A stretch of DNA of 64,000 nucleotides from positions 1 to 64,000 of the forward strand of contig JAUCBJ010007513.1 in assembly GCA_032718475.1 (NCBI GenBank). Reading direction: 5' to 3'. The notes below the pieces were generated by a model that was given only the letters and a program-made list of their open reading frames with translations, was not told the DNA's origin and did not search any database. This document shows positions 1 to 12,453 of this stretch, in pieces (positions within the stretch are counted from its first letter, which is position 1; each line of letters begins with the position of its first letter). This DNA is from Nemertoderma westbladi (lineage: Eukaryota > Animalia > Xenacoelomorpha). The position numbers and the translations under genes were made by a program.

Positions 1-1460
1 ATTTAAAATAATGAGTAGTAGTAAATATATTGTACTGTCCAGATAGGAAAATACCACCGCCTGACGACCTATAACCGTATCGCTATAGGTACTACGTTAT
101 GTATCACGGATTGTTCCTACCCAGAAGCTAATAGAGCTAACGAATGTGCCTATCAACCACTTTACAACACAAATATACTGCCTACACTAATTACTTCGGA
201 AGGCACTGTACTCTAAACCCTAAATTAGGTACAAGTACCGGTATAACAAATAATCAGTAGTTAAATATACTTGAACAGTTAAAAGAACCACGGCATCTGC
301 TGGAGTGACCGAAGCACAAAGTCGTCAGTCTTTACCTACGCCAAGCAGCCCTGATGTAGTACCGGGGTTAGTTTAACTATAACGGTATGCATAACAAGCA
401 CAATTACTGTAGGAATAAACTTGGGGACATGAATGTTGCGAATAATCGCATAAACTCTGAATAATAAATATTACGCTACCCGTACAGAATACTCAAACAA
501 ATACAAACCAAACGCTGGCAGACTACTATCAAGCCTAAACAAACTACTGTATGTGCAGATTCTGAAACTGTTAGTTAGTATGCGTGCTAACACGGTAGTA
601 CGACTTACTCTTTAAGAGGGGATTGACCTTACAGTGTTGACTGCCCCAACTTACTAACGGCACTTGATCAGACCAACTCTACACACGCAGCAATCCCTTC
701 AGACTCAAAAATAGCTAGACAACAATCCAGCCTACAAATATTTAAGTAATAACTATTACGGTACCTGAACAGACCACACAAACAAACACAGGCTAAAACA
801 CTGGCAGACTACGATCAAGCCTAGATAAACTACAGTATATGCAGACTCTGAAACTGTTAGTTAGTATGCGTGCTAACACGGTAGTACGACTTACTCTTTA
901 AGAGGGGATTGACCTTACAGTTATGACTGCCCCAACTTACTAACGGCACTTTATCAGACAAACTCTACACACGCCGTAATCTCTCCAAACCCAACCACAG
1001 TCAGACAGCAGCTCAGCCTACAATTATCTGAACAATCTGAGCAGACTTACACGTCTTCAGCTCAATATTAACTTACTAGGAAATAAAACTGACAGAAATA
1101 AGTAAGCTCCAAAAGAAACAAGGGGTGTACAGTCCCTAATCTCTTAAACAGCCTACCGGTATACAATAATCAAAATCGAATAATACTAAAAGTACTTGTA
1201 CAGCAGTACCGGTACCGGTGATGACAGTTAGGCCTACTGACCTACAAAGTACCGGTTCAGTTTTACCGGTCACTACGGTATTTTGCAACCTTATTGCCTA
1301 CTGCAATAAGATTGTAAACTGTTACTGTTCGACAGAACAGTATTTTACTGTATTTAATGCCTACACTTGCAACCTTATTGCTTACTGCAATAAGATTATA
1401 AACTGTTACTGTTCGCCAGAACAGTATTAAACTGTATTTAATGCTTACACTGCAATACAA

Positions 1461-1473
1461 TATAAACTGTTAC
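1461..1473 (-). promoter_or_regulatory. Non-tRNA primer-binding site, complementary to LTR-internal 2242-2254 (candidate self-priming site)
   Basis: tataaactgttac (1461-1473) is the exact reverse complement of gtaacagtttata (2242-2254) and abuts the LTR end. Confidence 0.7.
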
Positions 1474-2732
1474 TGTTCGCGCTTTTGAAGACCTTTAGCA
1501 GTTTAACCTGCCAAAATTTATATGTCTTCTAGTTAATTAAAACCACTTTAGCATACGACAATAATTTATGCTAATACGCAAAACATTAGCCGAAGTCAGC
1601 CCATGCGCGATCATTCACCCGATGGATCTACACCCGGGAGACTGAATTCGGATGCTTGAATTGTATTATTACAGTGTAAGGTTGCAGTGTATACCTAATG
1701 TATTATTCGATAGATCGTTAATAATTAATCTCTGACAGATATTATTGGCTTTCGGGAAATATTAACAGTTCATTTAGGACGTGGCGCTTTATCTATTTAA
1801 ACAGAACTAAGACTTATACTAAAACGCAACGATACTGCTTATGATTAAAGTATAAAACGTATTCTTTAGGAAATACTTTGTTACCAATCACAATCATACA
1901 CACTATTCTGCCGACAGTCAGTACATTTGATCACACATAAAGAGAGCAGTAATTGACTCACGTAGGGTCTGCTAAATAACATTGGATTCAATACACACCA
2001 CATTAATATAAATCGCAATTGTTATATATAGCCGGTCTCTCTAACCTGTAGTGTTATCAAGAAAATTGGGAATTGGGTGATTTATCCGTATTATCCAAAT
2101 AGCAATATTTCCATCAACAAATATTTACAATTAATAACTGACGGTAAAATAACAGTACAAACAATATGATTAATGCAATTAAATTAAGTGAGTTAATGCT
2201 GTCTTTCGATTTGATTGATTAATTAATTGAGATTTGTTTCGGTAACAGTTTATACTTTCGATAATTCAAGCAGTTTACTAGAGTTCTTCCCAAAAGGCCG
2301 GTGTTTCTGGCTTAGACAGCAATAACAACAAAGTAACAAGTAAAACAGTAAGACAGAACACTCTCCTTATGATCGGCAGAAAAGCTACACGTCGACAGGA
2401 AAAACCGCCCTGATTGGCCCAAGCCAAACAAAGAACCACGCGTCCAATGGCTGTTTCCATGTCAGCAACCAGCTGCTAGATGTCGTAATATGAATCATCA
2501 CGGCTAAGCTGTGAAAGGTAGTTGGTGCATTACAAGTTTTTTGCCTTACCATGTCCGCCAAAACACGTATATAGCAGAATGATTTTTATGTCCGTTAAAA
2601 CACCTGTAAAGGTACCTTGCGGGCGAGGGGAATATATATACAGTTTGAAAACCTTTTTAGAGTATTCCAGCGCCTGGGGGAGAACTGGCCAGCAAAGGCA
2701 AACGTATCAGTTATCCCACAAAAGCTTTTACA
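1474..2732 (-). repeat. LTR of BEL family A
   Basis: Plus-strand termini tgttcgcg...aaagcttttaca are shared with the family B LTRs; CCAAT-like box at ~2410. Confidence 0.85.
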
Positions 2733-2835
2733 GTATTAGAGCAAACACTAGCAAGGGATCAGCCCAGCCTATCATGGCTAAGACAACGCCCTATCAGAAT
2801 ACGTCATCCCTCATGAGCTGTTACTGTTGGTACCA

Positions 2836-4301
2836 ACATAGTAGACATGTACCGAACAACAAGAGTCCCACAAGAAATGAAAACAAATAAGTTGGTGCCA
2901 GTTCCCAAGAAGGGCAACCTAACACTCTATGGTTCTTTTCGGGGAATCTCATTGATCTCGATTGCTGCAAAGCTATACAATAGAATTCTATTAAATCGCA
3001 TCAGGGATCCCATTGAGAGACTGCTCCGTGGAAATCAGAATGGGTTCCGTAAAGGTCGTGGGACCATGGAGCCCATTTTGGCACTTAGAAGGATAATTGA
3101 AGAGTTATCAAAAAAGAAAGACAGGCATCTGGCTGTTATCTTTGTTGACTTCTTCAAGGCCTTTGATTCAATCTCTCGCTCACGTATGTTCAGCATACTT
3201 TCATTATATGGGATTCCTGATGAAATTATTGCAGCAATCAGATCAGTATACGATGGATCGAAAACATTTGTGTCTACTGTTGACGGTGACACAGAACCAT
3301 TTGAAGTGTTATGGGGCGTCCTCCAGGGAGACACACTTGCACCATTCTTGTTCATAATTGTTGTTGACTATGTTCTACGCATGTCCTTAGATCATCATAA
3401 TGATGATGGGGTGATGATAACTCCACCTACTGGCTCCAGAATTCGAGGAAATCCTGCCAAGTACCTAACTGATCTAGACTTTGCTGATGACGTAGGAGTA
3501 CTCTCAGAATCACTAGAGGGAGCCCAACGGCTCCTCAGCTCATTAGAACATACTGCTTCTAGTGTTGGTCTTTTTATTAACTCCAGAAAGACCAAAATTT
3601 TGACAGTTAACTTTGAAAGTCCTCAGTAAGTCTCTGATCGGATGAGCATAAGCTCAAAAGATGGTATGCTTGTGCATGTGGATGACTTCTGTTACCTGGG
3701 ATCATGGATCCGGAAGTCAGGTGAGGACCTACGAATACGTAAGGGAAAGGCATGGGCAGCCTTGATAGGCTTTCCAGGATTTCGAAGTCACCGAGAATTA
3801 ATCGGAAACTTAAGGTCCGATTATTTAGAGCAGCAGTAGTTCCAGTACTCCTCTATGGGAGTCCATGCTGGGCTCTAACTGCTGAGGACACCAAATCTCT
3901 GGATGGCACATTCACAAGAATGCTACGCCGGTTCATTGTGTCAAGTACAATGCACACATCTCCATACAGAACCAGACACCATATAACATTGGAGGTGTCT
4001 CATTGGTTCCCCCGAGCTTGACACTAGAACAAAATCGCCTCCGCTTTGCAGGACATTGCTTTCGCCGTGAGGACCAGCCAGTGCATAATCTTGTACTTTG
4101 GCAGCCTCATGAAGTGAATAAGCATGGTGGACAGCCCATGACTTTCTTGAGACGCATCTTAAAGGACACTGGCCTTGAAGATGCGGATGATCTAGCAAAT
4201 GTCATGGGTGATAGGGAGTTGTGGCGGTGCACTTTTGTCGATAAGCCGGCACAGCATTCTTAAAAATGCAGCTGCAATGCAGCATGCCGATCCTAGTAGT
4301 A
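2836..4301 (+). mobile_element. 5'-truncated RTE-clade LINE (RT and 3' end; stops and frameshifts)
   Basis: RT motifs QNGFRKGR, FVDFFKAFD, GVLQGDTLAP, DFADD, YLGS; (TAG)n tail; 10-bp TSD gttggtacca at 2826-2835 and 4302-4311; near identical to 63209-64000. Confidence 0.93.
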
Positions 4302-4489
4302 GTTGGTACCAGTGTAAGAACAAGGAGGCACAGTGGACACACACACCTGACGTTATACAGGTCTCTCACCCACTAACCCAGGTTATCAATGCAGTAATGA
4401 CTGTATTATATTGCCGGACAATGAAAGGTCGTTGTTCTTCAACTCAACTTCATAACACTTATATAGAGGCGCTTCCGGTATGCTTGTGG

Positions 4490-4740
4490 GGCGAGCGACG
4501 AAAGTAAGCGAGCTTAGCATACGGGTACCACTAACTCAATCGGTGTATCTGTTGCTCTGTTGTTCTGTTGATCTGTTGTTCTGTTGATCTGTTGTGTCCA
4601 ATTTTAAACGTTAATAACTCAGCCAAATCTCGATAAAATATATCCAAACTTGGTACATGTGTAGTCTGGCAAAAGTTTGGAAATTTTCTAATTTGAATTT
4701 GCGTGGGGTCTTCGTGCAGCATCTGTGTAACTGTCTTGCA
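4490..4740 (+). mobile_element. Possible Helentron-associated (HINE/DINE-like) fragment
   Basis: (tctgttg)n microsatellite followed by aataactc...aaacttggtacatgtg, resembling HINE architecture from recall only. Confidence 0.3.
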
Positions 4741-5409
4741 GTTATAATAAATTTATCTATCCAAAAATTACTAGGCTTGTCATCAGGTGGTTGCTAGGAG
4801 ACTGCATGATTACAGTACGATACCGGTTATGTTACAGTGGTACAGAGTTACCGGTACTGTCTTCAGGTCGTTGGTCACCAATCGGCTCGGCAACGGCAAC
4901 CATGCAGCCATGGAAGTTTTGAAATTTTGCGGACTTAAGACAGACTGATATATTGTTAGGTTGTACCAGCTGACCTTTATTCCATGTTCCGGTATCCGCT
5001 ACTGCACTAGGTACCCCAACAGCCCAATACTGCAATACCCAGCAACATTTTGTAATTGTACCGGTACTCAAACAACTCGCCATCAAGGCCACCGCCTCTG
5101 TCTGTCGCAGTGTCGTTGGCGACATCGACTTTTGATAATGTCTGTGTCTGTGTAATGGTATGTCTGTGTAATTCGGTGCTTCACTCTTCTCTACAGAGAA
5201 TTAAATTGTATCTCTAATTGGGCGGGTCCGGGTATTCCTTTGTAATAATCACTATTGTGCTATTAATAGATTTGTTTGTTTGTTTACCGGTATTCACATA
5301 GAACCTTTTATGGTTCTGGAATAAAGAATCTAATAATAATAATAAATTATACTCTACCTTCGTCATTTTTCGGTGAATCCGCATTTCATATTTGTGTTCA
5401 TGCAAATGC

Positions 5410-6929
5410 ATCTTTAACCTGCTCCTTTATTAACCTGCATAATTTTCTAACACGAGTTAACCATCGTTTATTGTTTTGGTTCAATCTACACGCCTCTGTA
5501 ACCTGCTCCTGTACTAATCTACATAATCTTGTAACACGTGTTAAATATCGTTTATTGTTTTGGTTCTATCTACACGCCTCGGTAACCTACTCCTTTACTA
5601 ACTTGCATAATTTTCTACCACGAGTTAATCGTTTATTGTTTTGGTTCAATCTATCCGCCTCCGCAACCTGATTCTTTACTAACCTACATCTTGTAACACG
5701 TGTTAACTATCGTTTATTGTTTGGTTCTATCTACCTGCCTCTGTAACCTGATCCTTTACTAACCTGCATAATCTTGTAACATGTTTTAACTATCGTTTAT
5801 TGTTTTGGTTCTATCTACCCGCCTCTATAACCTGCTCCTTTACTAACCTGCATAATCTTTTAACATGTGTTAACTATCGTTTATTGTTTTGGTTCTATCT
5901 ACCCTCCTCTATAGCCTGCTCCTTTACTAACCTGCATAATCTTGTAACATGTGTTAACTATCGTTTATTGTTTTGGTTCTATCTACCCGCCTCTGTAACC
6001 TGCTCCTGTACTAATCTACATAATCTTGTAACATGTGTTAACTATCGTTTATTGTTTTAGTTCTATCTACCAGCCTCTATAACCTGCTCCTTTACTAACC
6101 TGCATAATCTTGTAACATGTGTTAACTATCCTTTATGGTTTTGGTTCTATCTACCAGCCTCTATAACCTGCTCCTTTACTAACCTGCATAATCTTGTAAC
6201 ATGTGTTAACTATCCTTTATTGTTTTGGTTCTATCTACCAGCCTCTATAACCTGCTCCTTTACTAACTGCATAATCTTGTAACATGTGTTAACTATCGTT
6301 TATTGTTTTGGTTCTTTCTACCAGCCTCTAAAACCTGCTCCTTTACTAACCTGCATAATCTTGTAACATGTGTCAACTATCGTTTATTGTTTTGGTTCTA
6401 TCTACCAGCCTCCATAACCTGCTCCTTTACTAACCTGCATAATCTTGTAACATGTGTTAACTATCCTTTATTGTTTTGGTTCTATCTACCAGCCTCTATA
6501 ACCTGCTCCTTTACTAACTGCATAATCTTGTAACATGTGTTAACTATCGTTTATTGTTTTGGTTCTTTCTACCAGCCTCTAAAACCTGCTCCTTTACTAA
6601 CCTGCATAATCTTGTAACATGTGTCAACTATCGTTTATTGTTTTGGTTCTATCTACCAGCCTCCATAACCTGTTCCTTTACTAACCTGCATAATCTTGTA
6701 ACATGTGTTAACTATCCTTTATTGTTTTGGTTCTATCTACCAGCCTCGATAACCTGCTCCTTTACTAACTGCATAATCTTGTAACATGTGTTAACTATCG
6801 GTTGTTGTTTTGGTTCTATCTACCCGCCTCTATAACGTGCTCCTTTACTAACCTGCATAATCTTGTAACATGTGTTAACTATCATTTATTGTTTTGGTTC
6901 TATCTTCCCGCCTCTATAGCCTGCTCCTT
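5410..6929. repeat. 84-bp tandem array, about 18 copies
   Basis: Unit ttttggttctatctacccgcctctataacctgctcctttactaacctgcataatcttgtaacatgtgttaactatcgtttattg; more diverged at the left end. Confidence 0.95.
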
Positions 6930-6974
6930 GTAATTGACCTTGTAAAACTTGTAATACGTTTTATTTACAGACCA

Positions 6975-7618
6975 AAGCCCAAATGATTTTCCCAAATTCC
7001 TTATTTCCAAATCCCAAATTTCTTATTCCCAGATCCCAAGGGACGCGTTGTTCAACTGAGCCCCGTCAACGGAAACAGCCAGTGCCGTTTGACTTGTTAA
7101 CGAGAGGCAATTATGAGGCATGAGATACGCATTGCGTATCTTCTTCATGCAACCAACAATGGTCGATCAACAAATAAAAACCGATAATCACTAATATAAT
7201 GGCAAATCCAAAATTCCATATTCCCAAATACCTTAATCCCCCCAAATACCTTATTCCCAAATCCCAAATACCTTATTCCCAAATCCCAAATACTTATTCC
7301 CAAATACCTTATTCCCAAATATCAAATACCTTAATCCCAAAACCCAAATACCTTATTCCTAAATCCCAAATACCTTATTCCCAAATCCCAAATACCTTAT
7401 TCCCAAATCCCAAATACCTTATTCCCAAATCCCAAATACCTTATTCCCAAATCCCAAATACCTTATTCCCAAATACCTTATTCCCAAATCCCAAATACCT
7501 TACTCCCAAATCCCAAATACCTTATTCCCAAATCCCAAATACCTTATTCCCAAATCCCAAATACCTTATTCCCAAATCCCAAATCTCTTATTCCCAAATT
7601 CCTTAATCCCAAATCCCA
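6975..7618. repeat. 15/22-bp minisatellite (cccaaatcccaaataccttatt) in two blocks
   Basis: Blocks at ~6975-7038 and ~7205-7618. Confidence 0.9.
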
Positions 7619-7654
7619 CATTGTATTTGCGTCCAGTTTCCCCCCCCCCCCCCT

Positions 7655-8075
7655 GTCTCGATACCACACCATCAGATAAGGGGACCATCACCCATACCAA
7701 CACAGAAGCACATGATCTGCCATTTGCTATGCAACTCATCTACTGGGACAAGCCCTGTACCCCTGCTGATAGGTGCAGGTCGCAGTGGAGTGCACACAAA
7801 TTGGAGATGAGAGCACTCTACTCTTGACCAGCCATTGGTAGATTACAATCTGGCTGGTCAGGCCAAAATACCCCTGCAGCCGAGTACATGGGTCCTTAAC
7901 CCAGGACCAAGGGCATCCCTATCTCTGAACGAAGGTTGTCCTTGTTACGGGACCAGATTATGCTCTTAGTATGAGGGTCTATAAAGCCACAGGAGACTCC
8001 TCATTTATGCTGCATGGAGGTGGAAAGTTTTCAGAATCAATGACCCTGAATACCTGAACTGAACTGTGGTGACCA
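7655..8075 (-). mobile_element. RTE 5' UTR fragment
   Basis: Reverse complement aligns with ~60915-61330 (ccacctccatgcagcataaa, ggctgcaggggta). Confidence 0.8.
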
Positions 8076-8399
8076 ACAGTAGGGCACTATTGTGCGAAAT
8101 TTTTCCAGCCTTTAGTCGGATTAGAACCTGGGCCGCCAAACAGTATTGTAAAACTACCTCACAGCCAAAGGGACAATGAAACAATCTCAACTTTTATTAT
8201 TTAATTATTAATTTAATTATTTAAATTATTAATTTTTATTAATTATAATTATTTAGAAAAAGATTGAACGTAGGCAATAGAGAGACTGCTGATTTTAAAG
8301 AGTGTATACGAATACTTTAATACTTTAAATTATATACCGGTACTCGTACTGTATGTATGTATGCAGTAGGTACCGCATAAAGTATATCTATAGATTAGA

Positions 8400-8990
8400 A
8401 AGTAAGTAATGTTTTGCTTTTGGATAAGTATTGCTTCGAAGGAGATTTTGCTAGATAGATCGCTGTGCCATATCTAATATAGGGAGGGGGATAAGGAAAT
8501 TACCGTGAGCTTATGACCGAGTACGACTGATGAGAGGCTGAGGTTTTTCTAAAAAGCAGACCTAAATCTGACAGATTGTCGTGCTTGAATAGAGCAGTCT
8601 GATGTTTGAATAGACATTGTAAAGGGAGGATATTAAGTGACTTCTATAAGGGAGCTGATGAGGCCTGAGAATGGTTGAAGGTCATACAACGGAGTAGATT
8701 GTTGATTTTAATTCTGAGTGGTTTCAGTGTAGTAGGATTAGTACCGCCCCATAGTAGAAGTCCGCAGTGTAAGTAGCGGTGGATTAGACTGAAATTTAGC
8801 TGGCGAAGAGTATATAAAGGAAAGATATGACGTAGCTTATAGAATTAAGAATCTTAATAATATATTTAACATGTGGTTGCCAAGATAATTTATTGTCAAC
8901 CCAAACTTCAAGGAATTTTTTGCTGGCTGAGTTATAAATTTTATGATTGTTAATTTGGAAGCCTACTATGGTCGACCCCATCAGCATTTC
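8400..8990 (-). mobile_element. Decayed L2/CR1-group LINE 3' fragment
   Basis: Translates KFLEVWVDNKLSWQPHV...LLLWGGT...SAPL*KSLNILPL, typical of the post-RT region. Confidence 0.7.
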
Positions 8991-9086
8991 CAGGCTATCA
9001 TACAGTAGGTATGGGTTACGATGGTACTGAGTGTATTTATATAAACATCAATAATGAAGAATAGTTATTGTATATATTATGTTCTA

Positions 9087-9220
9087 CTAACGTCTTAAGA
9101 CGGCTTCATATCTGATACTGAAACCACGAAATTCGTCTACCGAGTCGGAATATAATTCTAATCGGGCAAAATTGTTGTTGGTCGTAAACCGAGAAAAGAT
9201 GTTTGTACCGCAGAACTTTC
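9087..9220 (-). CDS. Single-CUB-domain protein, last exon
   Basis: ttttag acceptor, phase 1; (G)KFCGTNIFSRFTTNNNFARLELYSDSVDEFRGFSIRYEAVLRR*, the CUB C-terminal half. Confidence 0.92.
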
Positions 9221-9253
9221 CTAAAATTATCATAATGATATAAATGGTTTACA

Positions 9254-9491
9254 ATCAAGCAAACAGTCGGCCGAAGCCAGAGGCGACCCAAAGGCTCCTC
9301 TTTCGATAGCTGCTACCCGAGGATAGGGGTGGGCGTTACTCCTATCCAAATTTTTGCTCCCAGTAATGTAACTGGTACTCATTTTATCGACCCCAGTGGA
9401 TGAAAGGCTGAGTGGACCCTGGCGGGGCTGAACCTACAACCAATAGGTTGCAGGCCCGGAGCTCAACCAACTGAGCTACCCCGCCTCAGCG
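9254..9491 (-). mobile_element. tRNA-derived SINE in CUB intron 2
   Basis: A box TAGCTCAGTTGG, B-box-like GGTTCAGCCCC, GCA anticodon-like loop, core CTCAGCCTTTCATCC...GGTCGATAAAATGAGTACC; 12-bp TSD aaatggtttaca at 9242-9253 and 9492-9503. Confidence 0.9.
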
Positions 9492-9857
9492 AAATGGTTT
9501 ACAGACATTTGTTATTTATACAATAACATATGTATTAAATTTTTCATGCAACTCAAAACCTAAGCAATAATCTAAGCTATTTAACGGATTACTATCGGTT
9601 AAAAAGGTGTAAAAATTGACATTAAAAAGGCGTTTTTCAGGATATTATTTCGATTCATTTATATGGTTTTCAAAGACCTGTACTTTGGAATATTTCCCAT
9701 AAACCACAAATAGGCCTACATGATACTACACTCTACTCGCATTAACTCTTGTAAACAGTCCATCTACCTCGAGTTGAATACTACCTGCCAGTAGTTAGGT
9801 GATGAATTTACAGTACACCAATAATTCGTTTTTTTTATTAATAAATATTTTTTATAC

Positions 9858-10074
9858 CTATATATAGATGGCCATCATAGAATTTGACTCCATCATAGCG
9901 GCATTGACCATCGGGTGCACCACTCCAGTAAGATTCTTCCGTGATAAAGTCGTCCACGTATATGTTTATGACCATTTCCGGAGGAACAACAATCTCGTAA
10001 GCACAATCAGAATACGATTGATATTGCTCCGGATAATTTAATGTTTTTATGATTCCAGAAAAATTGTCGAATAA
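9858..10074 (-). CDS. Single-CUB-domain protein, middle exon
   Basis: AG/GT bounded, 217 bp, phase 0 to 1; LFDNFSGIIKTLNYPEQYQSYSDCAYEIVVP...QCRYDGVKFYDG. Confidence 0.92.
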
Positions 10075-10103
10075 CTAAAAAATAAAATTAAATTAAGGCG
10101 GTC

Positions 10104-10864
10104 AAACCAGTACGCGGTAATTAAACCAGTACGCGGTAATTAAACCAGTACACGGTAATTAAACCAGTACGCGGTAATTAAACCAGTACGCGGTAATTAA
10201 ACCAGTACGCGGTAATTAAACCAGTACGCAGTAATTAAACCAGTACGTGGTAATTAAACCAGTACGCGGTAATTAAACCAGTACACGGTAATTAAACCAG
10301 TACACGGTAATTAAACCAGTACGCGGTAATTAAACCAGTACGCGGTAATTAAACCAGTACGCGGTAATTAAACCAGTACGCGGTAATTAAACCAGTACGC
10401 GGTAATTAAACCAGTACGCAGTAATTAAACCAGTACGCGGTAATTAAACCAGTACGCGGTAATTAAACCAGTACGCGGTAATTAAACCAGTACGTGGTAA
10501 TTAAACCAGTACGCGGTAATTAAACCAGTACACAGTAATTAAACCAGTACGCGGTAATTAAACCAGTACGCGGTAATTAAACCAGTACGCGGTAATTAAA
10601 CCAGTACGCGGTAATTTAACCAGTACGCGGTAATTAAACCAGTACGCGGTAATTAAACCAGTACGCGGTAATTAAACCAGTACGAAGTAATTAAACCAGT
10701 ACGCGGTAATTAAACCAGTACGCGGTAATTAAACCAGTATGCGGTAATTAAACCAGTACGCGGTAATTAAACCAGTACGCGGTAATTAAACCAGTACACG
10801 GTAATTAAACCAGTACGCGGTAATTAAACCAGTACGCGGTAATTAAACCAGTACGCGGTAATTA
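10104..10864. repeat. 19-bp tandem array, about 40 copies
   Basis: Unit gtaattaaaccagtacgcg, highly homogeneous. Confidence 0.97.
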
Positions 10865-10943
10865 CCCCCAGAGCTGACCGCAAAAAAAGCTCGCTCATCC
10901 CCCTCTATGGATTATATCAGTAATGCGGAGGTCCGTCCACTAG
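10865..10943 (+). mobile_element. Short RTE fragment spanning the ORF start
   Basis: ctatggattatatcagtaatgcggaggtccgtccactag matches 61401-61439. Confidence 0.65.
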
Positions 10944-11259
10944 GAATTTCTCATTAGTCAATTAATTTAATACTATTTATAATAAACTAGCGCCGTAGAA
11001 CTATGTTGCCACAAACTTGATCAATCCCTTATACAGTAACCAACATAGCTTACTGCACAAGTCAGATTGCGACACATCCACAAATCAACACGGAAATCAC
11101 TACAGACGAAGGAGGAAAAGCAGAGAAACCATGGAAAACCCTACAACCAAAATAAAATCATTCCAGGATTTACAAAACAGGGCCATAAAAACTTTTCAGT
11201 GTCTAGAGGAAACATAGACTTCCGTACAAACAATCTTTCCAGAGTCAGAGCCCCGGAAG

Positions 11260-11548
11260 GATCTAGGACACTTCCCCCCCCGGACCCCCCCCCCCCCGCC
11301 CAAGTAGGACAGTTACATCCCCCCCCCCCCCGGACACTCCCCCCCCCCCCGCTTTTAACACTTTAACGGGGGGAAGTGTCCGGGGGGGAAGTGTCTGGGG
11401 GGAAGTGTCCGGGGGGGGAAGTGTCTGGGGGGAAGTGTCCGGGGGGAAGTGTCTGGGGGGGAACTGTCCGGGGGGAAGTGCCCGCGGGGGAAGTGTCCGG
11501 GGGGTAGTGCCCGCGGGGGAAGTGTCCGCGGGGGAAGTGTCCGCACAC
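11260..11548. mobile_element. MULE-like MITE made of inverted C-rich and G-rich repeats
   Basis: ggacacttcccc units on the left, ggggaagtgtcc units on the right; 9-bp TSD ccccggaag at 11251-11259 and 11549-11557. Confidence 0.7.
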
Positions 11549-11909
11549 CCCCGGAAGTCTGGAATGGAGTCCCCGAAACAGTGCGGCAGGCTCTGTTTCG
11601 CTAATATAATGTTCAAACGTAAATTACATTAATATCTGGCAGATATTCGTCCTATCGAAGCCTAATCAAACTGTATATAGTATATTTCCGTATCAGATAT
11701 TTTACTGACCTCAATGACAATGGCCTAGGTAATGCGTTACCGCTACCATTCTATATTCTGTCTAAACAAACAATAGGCCTACATATTTAAAGATATTTTA
11801 AAGATTATTTAGATTCTTAAGTAATGTCCTACTGTAGTTTTCAATAATACTCTATAATTTTGCACCTTAATCATATCAATTTATGTTATCTAATTAGGCC
11901 TACTGTAGT

Positions 11910-12453
11910 TGTTAGCGAATCAATTCCGCTAACACAAACCCATAGAGTGAGCCGTTAAGCAATATTGGGAGCACGAGGTTGATTACCCAACCTCGTGTCA
12001 CCCCAATAAAGTGGGAAGAAGAAACACACAACGAGGGTCAGGGGCCAAACCCCTAACCGAGAGAGAACACAAGGAGTGAAGGGAAACACTCCAAAGGGTG
12101 CCAACAGGGATATTAGCCAATCAGGGGGGAAGCATCGGCTGAGTAGCAATATGGCCAACTGTGCAATATAATATATATTACCGGTCGATGCAGCTTTCAT
12201 TCAGTTATCCCAGTACAGTCAGGCAGTACGGTCAAAGTTAGGACCGTCACCGCCGTCACCCATAGTATATTACTGTATTACCATATTCAGTCATTAGTGC
12301 TATCTGTTATTATATTTGTATATGCTATCACCTATATCTCATATTATTAGCAATACTGGAACAACAAACTTATCACCTTTTCCATCACACGGTGCGGCTG
12401 ACGCGTACGTAACCAACACCAAATAAACCGGGATCCTCTCGGATCCCGTCACA
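11910..12453 (+). mobile_element. Solo LTR
   Basis: TG...CA termini, 5-bp TSD gtagt; both ends resemble the LTR at 16505-17087. Confidence 0.85.

Larger units (their letters stand above)
1..2732 (-). mobile_element. 5' end (leader plus 5' LTR) of BEL/Pao LTR retrotransposon family A; continues left of the window
   Basis: 1-1473 aligns by eye with the leader at ~50374-51488, and 1474-2732 with the LTRs at 34085-35285 and 51489-52679. Clearly diverged from them, so a sister family. Confidence 0.85.

Noticed and set aside
7199-7606. Repeat-derived ORFs (also 5276-6784, 11263-11632, 54123-54797, 59342-59611)
   Set aside because: Translations of tandem repeats with no gene structure.
7205-7618. 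Interstitial telomeric repeat
   Set aside because: The unit is a 15/22-bp composite, not a simple telomere motif.
9270-9350. HDV-like ribozyme in the SINE 3' part (cta-tcctcggg-tag) or in the RTE 5' UTR
   Set aside because: An L3-like loop is present, but I could not build convincing P1, P1.1 and P2 pairings.
9410-9491. tRNA-Cys gene
   Set aside because: Imperfect stems, runs into a SINE core and is flanked by a TSD.
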